DNA from: a virus
Length of the DNA stretch: 64,000 bases
IMG/VR virus record: IMGVR_UViG_3300046804_004438
Coordinates: 1 to 64,000 of that record
Strand: one strand, 5' to 3'
Positions 59,074-64,000 of this stretch are shown piece after piece. The position numbers and the translations under genes were made by a program. How positions within the stretch are numbered: the stretch's first letter is position 1; each line of letters starts with the position of its first letter. Below the pieces are notes generated by a model, which was given only the letters and a program-made list of their open reading frames with translations, did no database searches and had not been told where the DNA came from.

Positions 59074-59295
59074 ATGAACACTATAGATTTGAAAGAATCT
59101 GAACAATATTTCTTTACGCATGGTAGTCGTATTCTTAATACTATCTATCCTAAACAATATGTGTTCTATAGTAAGAATCGTTCTTACATCACAAAGAAGA
59201 TCGATCAGAAGGTTGCTGATGGTTTCAAATTGAAATCACAAAGCGTCAACAGACCAGATGGTACAATCAGAGTTGTTATGGAGAGAAGCCAATGA
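59074..59295 (+). CDS. Hypothetical protein
   Basis: AGGAG RBS; coupled operon. Confidence 0.65.
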   Translation: MNTIDLKESEQYFFTHGSRILNTIYPKQYVFYSKNRSYITKKIDQKVADGFKLKSQSVNRPDGTIRVVMERSQ

Positions 59296-59513
59296 AACAG
59301 ATCACTATACCTGTTACGTTCAATGTTTCCGACGAAGCTTATGATGCATATCATGGTTGCAGCTACATTCATTATCTTGAACAAGAACTTGCTGATATGA
59401 TGTTTGGCGCATTCCGTAAATTTGTGTTTATGGGTTCTGTTAATCAAGAGATTATCAAATTGGCAGAAGATATGAACAAGCAATTTGAGGAAATGGAAAA
59501 AGAGTATGCTTGA
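59292..59513 (+). CDS. Hypothetical protein
   Basis: ATGA overlap, GGAG RBS. Confidence 0.65.
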   Translation: MKQITIPVTFNVSDEAYDAYHGCSYIHYLEQELADMMFGAFRKFVFMGSVNQEIIKLAEDMNKQFEEMEKEYA

Positions 59514-59697
59514 TATCAAGCTTCTACTACAACAAACATTAGATTCTGCAAAGAAGCTAGCAGAAGAACCTATGCCTGATTGGTATAATATACACGATTA
59601 TTCTTCTGGATTTTATTACGGAAGAAAGTCTGCTGCTCAGGATAAAATTGATTTGATAGAAGAAATTCTCAATCAATTAGACAAGAGATCTGAGTAA
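59506..59697 (+). CDS. Hypothetical protein
   Basis: Likely ATG start at 59506 overlapping the upstream stop. Confidence 0.6.
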   Translation: MLDIKLLLQQTLDSAKKLAEEPMPDWYNIHDYSSGFYYGRKSAAQDKIDLIEEILNQLDKRSE

Positions 59698-60606
59698 CCC
59701 TTCCCATTCGCCTTTTCTTCTATCCCAGCTATAGAAGTAATCATAATAACTTTTTTGGAAACCAAGGTAAGGATCTTCTTTACCTTGGTTGTTTCTTATT
59801 GTATTGATTGCATGCTCAAGAGTATGAGCAAACTGCACGGCATGTGCGTTCTTATTTTCTGTCCATGGATACATCATTGCAAAATTAGCACATGTCTCGG
59901 GGAGTGCTGCATAGTTAGGACACACGACTAGATTCATTGCTGACATTGCTTCAATTACAGAAAGACAACTCGTCTCTGGCCAGATAGATGGGTATGCATA
60001 GATGTGAGACTTCTTTAGTGCTTCTCTTACTTGTTCGTTAGGAACTGCACCATGATACGTTATCTGAGGATGCTGCTTACAACGTTCAAATAATTGTCTG
60101 TATGGTTCATCTCTCTGTTCCCATCCATATATGCTAAACGAAGAATATACATCAAGGTGAATATCTTTATACTTCTGTGCGAGCTCATGAAACACGGGAA
60201 CAAGTATTTCTAGACCACGATGTGGTGTAGTATGGTATATCAGATTGATTGTATCATCATATTGTTTTGTTTCAATGTCAATTGGATAAATTGCATTCTT
60301 GATCACAACGGATTCAGAATAAGGAAGACCAGATGCAAGATTATAAAATTGCATCTGCCAATCTGATACACAAACAATCTTGTCAAATCTTTTACGTAGG
60401 TTGGGATCTTTGATATGTTCTGATTCTGGATCAACAGGTAGATCGTGCAACCAGAGAATCTTTTTCTTGTCTGGATCTAGATCTCTGACTCGTGATGGTA
60501 TGATCTGAAACTTTTCCAAAAGATCAGCAGGCAGTGAACTGTGAAGACGTTCCTGCATAAGCTCTGTGCCACCACGAGCATTTTTACTTAATTCATTTTT
60601 TTCCAT
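59677..60606 (-). CDS. GT-B (GT4-like) glycosyltransferase conserved in T4-like phages
   Basis: GGTE; ILWLHD; VS.WQ; V.KNAI; YHTTP.RGL; YPSIW.ETSC...IEAM; AL.ET. Confidence 0.9.
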   Translation of the reverse strand: MEKNELSKNARGGTELMQERLHSSLPADLLEKFQIIPSRVRDLDPDKKKILWLHDLPVDPESEHIKDPNLRKRFDKIVCVSDWQMQFYNLASGLPYSESVVIKNAIYPIDIETKQYDDTINLIYHTTPHRGLEILVPVFHELAQKYKDIHLDVYSSFSIYGWEQRDEPYRQLFERCKQHPQITYHGAVPNEQVREALKKSHIYAYPSIWPETSCLSVIEAMSAMNLVVCPNYAALPETCANFAMMYPWTENKNAHAVQFAHTLEHAINTIRNNQGKEDPYLGFQKSYYDYFYSWDRRKGEWEGLLRSLV

Positions 60607-60630
60607 AACAAAATACTCATAATATAAAAA

Positions 60631-60969
60631 TCAATCTTTAGGTTTAAAGATCTTACCTGGTAGTTTCAATTCAACTTTTTCATCTTGCAAACCAATCAAT
60701 AGATGGGCAGCAAATGATAATATACTCCAAGCACTAAATCCTACAGCTACTGAAGCTGCTATAAGATTATCTGATGATAAATTCCAGTGTAGCCACTCTA
60801 AGAGTACTGGTGCAAATACGATTGCAGCCATAACACTCAGACCTGATCTAATTGCCGCATCCCAAACATTTTGAGGTCTATAGAACGCCATAAACGACAC
60901 CCCACCTATTAGCCCACCTAGACCGGTCATCATCTTGACCATCAACGGTGTTGAAATTGGATCTGACAT
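60631..60969 (-). CDS. Three-helix membrane protein, possible holin
   Basis: Three hydrophobic segments and a basic C-terminus; ATG 60969 with AGGA RBS; late-promoter core ATAAATA at 61005-61011. Confidence 0.6.
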   Translation of the reverse strand: MSDPISTPLMVKMMTGLGGLIGGVSFMAFYRPQNVWDAAIRSGLSVMAAIVFAPVLLEWLHWNLSSDNLIAASVAVGFSAWSILSFAAHLLIGLQDEKVELKLPGKIFKPKD

Positions 60970-61003
60970 TAGTATTCCTGACAATGTATAAAAACTAATG
61001 CTT

Positions 61004-61261
61004 TTATTTATGAATACTAATTATTGAATCATAGCGAAATGAACGCCAAGAATCCTTTTCAACATCCCAAACTGATAAAATATTATCATTTATTTTCTTT
61101 TCACGATCAGTTTTTTTCTCGTGAGGTCTTACGATATGCTCCATAAGAGTACATTTCATATCACGTTCTGATCCATCTGTCTTTGTAAACTTAACGTTGA
61201 CAATTCCAGATTGTAACATATGAACGATAGTAGATTTAGAAAGCTCCGTCACCGTGTCCAC
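61004..61261 (-). CDS. SH3/Sm-like (WYL_2-type) conserved phage protein
   Basis: V.V.FTK.DGS.R.M.CTL...VWD.EK..WRSFR.D. Confidence 0.8.
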   Translation of the reverse strand: MDTVTELSKSTIVHMLQSGIVNVKFTKTDGSERDMKCTLMEHIVRPHEKKTDREKKINDNILSVWDVEKDSWRSFRYDSIISIHK

Positions 61262-61487
61262 CTGCTGTCTCCTCAAGATAAACTTTCAACTCTTCATAAC
61301 CACCAATACGCTTACCATCAACAGCAACAATTGGAACAGTTCTTACACCCGGGAACATCTCAGTGAGTTCTGTAATACCAATATCTTCACCTACTGTAAG
61401 ATATCGATAATTAATTCCACGTTCGTTGAGTAACTGTTTTGCAGCTACACACCAATTACAATTTAGTTTACCATATACTTCAATCAT
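61236..61487 (-). CDS. Glutaredoxin (NrdC/NrdH-like)
   Basis: VYGK..CNWC..AK.LL; RTVP.V..DG..IGGYEEL. Confidence 0.93.
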   Translation of the reverse strand: MIEVYGKLNCNWCVAAKQLLNERGINYRYLTVGEDIGITELTEMFPGVRTVPIVAVDGKRIGGYEELKVYLEETAGGHGDGAF

Positions 61488-61761
61488 TTGACATCCTTAT
61501 TCCCATGTCCTTGTCTGATCTCTTCCATGGACCAAATGCAGCAGGATGATTACCTTCAACTCTAATAAAAGGCTTGTTTGTTTCATTCTTGTTTGGGTTA
61601 GGAATAGTGACCATAGTCTTCTTTCCTCTTGCCCATTGCTTAAGCTGATTCAAAAGTTTATCAGTATAACTATGATCTTTTCTCATAGCCTTTACAGTCT
61701 CTTTTGATACACTACCATACTTACCTTTAGAAACGTATGTCTTTCTTTTCTTGGCTGCCAT
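61480..61761 (-). CDS. Conserved T4-like hypothetical protein
   Basis: YVSKG...W..GK....TIPNPNK.ETNK.FIRV. Confidence 0.75.
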   Translation of the reverse strand: MAAKKRKTYVSKGKYGSVSKETVKAMRKDHSYTDKLLNQLKQWARGKKTMVTIPNPNKNETNKPFIRVEGNHPAAFGPWKRSDKDMGIRMSND

Positions 61762-61763
61762 AA

Positions 61764-61988
61764 TCAATCATCCTCTGATACATCAATAATCTTTTTTTCA
61801 ATAACACTCATACAAGCAATACACTTAAAGTAAACCATACTTGCTTGAGGGTTTCTACCATTTAATGCAAAATTTGTGAGAACTAAGGATCTGTTACCTG
61901 AACCACATTTAGGACAATTACCTACTACTACAGGTACATTACTACCCTGTTCAGCACAGACCCTTATTTGTTCATCACTTCTTTGCAT
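61764..61988 (-). CDS. Zinc-ribbon protein
   Basis: CPKC...CIAC; likely start ATG 61988 (the upstream extension overlaps the neighbouring gene). Confidence 0.65.
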   Translation of the reverse strand: MQRSDEQIRVCAEQGSNVPVVVGNCPKCGSGNRSLVLTNFALNGRNPQASMVYFKCIACMSVIEKKIIDVSEDD

Positions 61989-62220
61989 TCTTCTTTGTGT
62001 TCTTTGCTTTTGCTTTTGGTGCAGCTGCTTTTGCTTTCTTTGCTGGCTTTGATTCAGCTTTGATAGCTTCTGCAATCTTTGTTTCTACTTCTTTAAGTTC
62101 AGCTGATGCTGTTTGTACTACTGCTGCAGCTGCATTCTGTACTTTTACTTCTACTTGCTTTACTTCTTGTTTGACTTCATTGAGTCCAACACCAAAGAAT
62201 TCTTTAAGCCAATTTAACAT
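61975..62220 (-). CDS. Small Lys/Ala-rich protein
   Basis: AGGAG RBS; C-terminal KPAKKAKAAAPKAKAK. Confidence 0.7.
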   Translation of the reverse strand: MLNWLKEFFGVGLNEVKQEVKQVEVKVQNAAAAVVQTASAELKEVETKIAEAIKAESKPAKKAKAAAPKAKAKNTKKNAKK

Positions 62221-62761
62221 TTTTTAACTCCTGTTCATATCCATATTTACAAATAAAATAACTGTCAATAATATCTGAAGATGGGTTCCATTGGTTATCT
62301 GATAACCCTAGCTTCTTTTTAATATTATATCCAGTGTTTTCTTCAAACACATCCTGTAATAATTGTTTGTTGGCATTTCCTTTGCCAGTTGCAAACTTCT
62401 TAATTACAGTAGGAGGAACTATAGTATAATCATAGCACCTTCTAAACAAAAAGTGTTTAAGCAAGCCAGCATTCTCGGCTATATTAAACACCCTGCCTGT
62501 CGATCCCATCGAGTACCCTTCTATGTATACCTTAGCATCTTCAGGAATCTTATTGATTGCCCATTTGGCAATATTATAGTATCTTTGTTCATCGCTGTAA
62601 TAATCTTCATGTTGATCGCCATGAATATTATCAAAATCTACATCATATTTTTTAGTATCTGTCAGGTAATAAAAATTACACTTTGAGAAACCAAAATTTT
62701 TAGAATCACAAATACATACACAAGGAGATGACAAACTATAATCAATACCAACAATAACCAT
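62204..62761 (-). CDS. RuvC-like (RNase H fold) nuclease / Holliday-junction resolvase
   Basis: GIDYS..SP; IEGYS; IAEN.G.LK; P..IKK.ATGKGNA.K; D..DS. Confidence 0.85.
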   Translation of the reverse strand: MVIVGIDYSLSSPCVCICDSKNFGFSKCNFYYLTDTKKYDVDFDNIHGDQHEDYYSDEQRYYNIAKWAINKIPEDAKVYIEGYSMGSTGRVFNIAENAGLLKHFLFRRCYDYTIVPPTVIKKFATGKGNANKQLLQDVFEENTGYNIKKKLGLSDNQWNPSSDIIDSYFICKYGYEQELKNVKLA

Positions 62762-62770
62762 ATAAATTAA

Positions 62771-63001
62771 TTATTCATCCTCACCATAATCAAAACCATC
62801 TTCATCATCTTCATACTTATCTTCGTCTTCATCATCCCATACATATCTGCTCAAAACATTGTCAAATACATCATCTTGACCTTCGCTATCTGAAGCATCT
62901 CTTGTGCCAACAAGGTCAAACAATTTTCTATATATTTCGCCTCTTGTTGCATCTTCTCTAACAGATTCTGTTAAAACTTCAATTAGTGCATCCCAATCCA
63001 T
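62771..63001 (-). CDS. Small acidic hypothetical protein
   Basis: AAGGA RBS; Asp/Glu-rich C-terminus. Confidence 0.7.
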   Translation of the reverse strand: MDWDALIEVLTESVREDATRGEIYRKLFDLVGTRDASDSEGQDDVFDNVLSRYVWDDEDEDKYEDDEDGFDYGEDE

Positions 63002-63161
63002 TATTATTTTCCTTTAGTTTATTGATGATCTGCTTTCTTTGATCATTAGTATATATACGCCATTGTCTAATCTGTTCTACAGTCCTACCACACCCAATAC
63101 AAATAGATGTGACAGGATCTAATTTACACACTTTTATACAGGGTGTCAGAATAGTTCGCAT
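62979..63161 (-). CDS. DUF1289-family Cys-rich protein
   Basis: TPCI.VC.LD.....C.GCGRT..QI..W. Confidence 0.85.
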   Translation of the reverse strand: MRTILTPCIKVCKLDPVTSICIGCGRTVEQIRQWRIYTNDQRKQIINKLKENNNGLGCTN

Positions 63162-64000
63162 CCACCACCAACACAAGCAGCAGAACCAATTGTATCTACA
63201 TCTATATATTTGACTTCTTTTAACTCATCTTCCCACTTAATGTCTGAGATAGTCTGTTGAATCTTTTCCCACTTGTGTAGTAGATAAACATCCTTGAAGC
63301 AGTATTCTGCTTTCTTAAGATCACCATTAAAATAGTTAGTGGCAAACTTCTTGAAACGACGAATCCAATCTTTCTTAAGAGTGTTCTGATGATTATCTGC
63401 AGTAAGATCTTCACCATAACCGTTTGCAGTCATACAGGCAAGCCAAAGATTATCAAACGACTTAAGAGCCTCAACAATAAGACCAGATGCCATAATTGCA
63501 CCTGCACCGTACTTCTCAGTCAACTGAGCTGCATTCAATACCTGTGTGTTTGGTGCTTGGAAATAATCCTTATCACCCGTCATAGGAAGGAATGAAATAC
63601 CAGCAAAATAATTGCGGTTGTCATAAACATAGTTTTCAATCTCGTCCCAATTGTCGACGATAACAGTATTAGACACATTGTGGCGTATGCCAGGATGAGC
63701 ACATCTATCAATATTCGTACCTGCATTAACCCAGAACTCCTGTGCTTTCTTAATTAGATCAAGGTGCTTGATACCAATGAGATCATCCTTGAAGATTGAG
63801 CCTTCTTTAGCAACAACTGGGAATGAAACAACATAGTCAGTCTTACCTGCTGACCATGCTGACTCTTCTACCATGTTAGGATTAATTCTCTTGATTAGTT
63901 TTGCAACTTCTGTATCTTTGTTTAACTGAATGTTACGAATATACATTGGAGAGTGATCGGCATGAATACCAGATGCAGTCATGAGAAGTACTGATGCATT
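63146..64000 (-). CDS. nrdJ: Class II (B12-dependent) ribonucleotide reductase, 3' part; 5' end outside the window
   Basis: Frame open to 64000: NASVLL.TASGIH....YIR; HNVS.T; GISFLP; QAP; C-terminal AC.GG.CE redox pair. Confidence 0.85.
   Translation of the reverse strand, partial: NASVLLMTASGIHADHSPMYIRNIQLNKDTEVAKLIKRINPNMVEESAWSAGKTDYVVSFPVVAKEGSIFKDDLIGIKHLDLIKKAQEFWVNAGTNIDRCAHPGIRHNVSNTVIVDNWDEIENYVYDNRNYFAGISFLPMTGDKDYFQAPNTQVLNAAQLTEKYGAGAIMASGLIVEALKSFDNLWLACMTANGYGEDLTADNHQNTLKKDWIRRFKKFATNYFNGDLKKAEYCFKDVYLLHKWEKIQQTISDIKWEDELKEVKYIDVDTIGSAACVGGGCELF

Noticed and set aside
61989-62075. Gln/Lys-rich N-terminal extension of the 103-aa ORF
   Set aside because: Off-frame reading of the overlapping Lys/Ala-rich gene; the real start is probably ATG 61988.

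Overview
64 kb of an AT-rich, densely coding T4-like (Tevenvirinae-related) myovirus genome. The host is most likely an alphaproteobacterium, judged from a permuted two-piece tmRNA with a GGCGGUA T-loop and an ANDNF...LAA tag. Layout: (1-22 kb) minus-strand tail-fibre module with a tandem LamG protein, two giant proline-poor collagen-like fibres built from GYTGS repeats, an oppositely oriented three-domain glycosyltransferase and an S74-chaperone fibre; (22-42 kb) baseplate module with a DUF4815/VrlC-like gene in three pieces, gp8, gp7, gp6, gp25, a split gp5, hub protein, gp53 and gp48; (42-47 kb) plus-strand gp4, gp2, gp54, gp26/gp51 and tape measure; (47-57 kb) gp32, gp59, gp33, exonuclease, PhoH and RNase H, interleaved with ACP, ketosynthase, AcpS, a 2OG-Fe(II) oxygenase and ssrA; (57.3-59.7 kb) a divergent early-promoter cluster; (59.7-64 kb) glycosyltransferase, glutaredoxin, RuvC-like nuclease and the 3' end of a class II ribonucleotide reductase. 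The most unusual signal is a self-contained transcription unit at 58.04-58.31 kb (promoter, RBS, 60-codon ORF, terminator) whose sense strand has no guanine for 190 nt. It lies beside a ~130-bp imperfect palindrome centred on paired IHF-like sites. Other highlights: a phage acyl-carrier system (ACP+KS+PPTase), a candidate collagen-glycosylation system and a probable gp26/gp51 -1 frameshift. All family assignments come from motif recognition by eye; no database searches were run.
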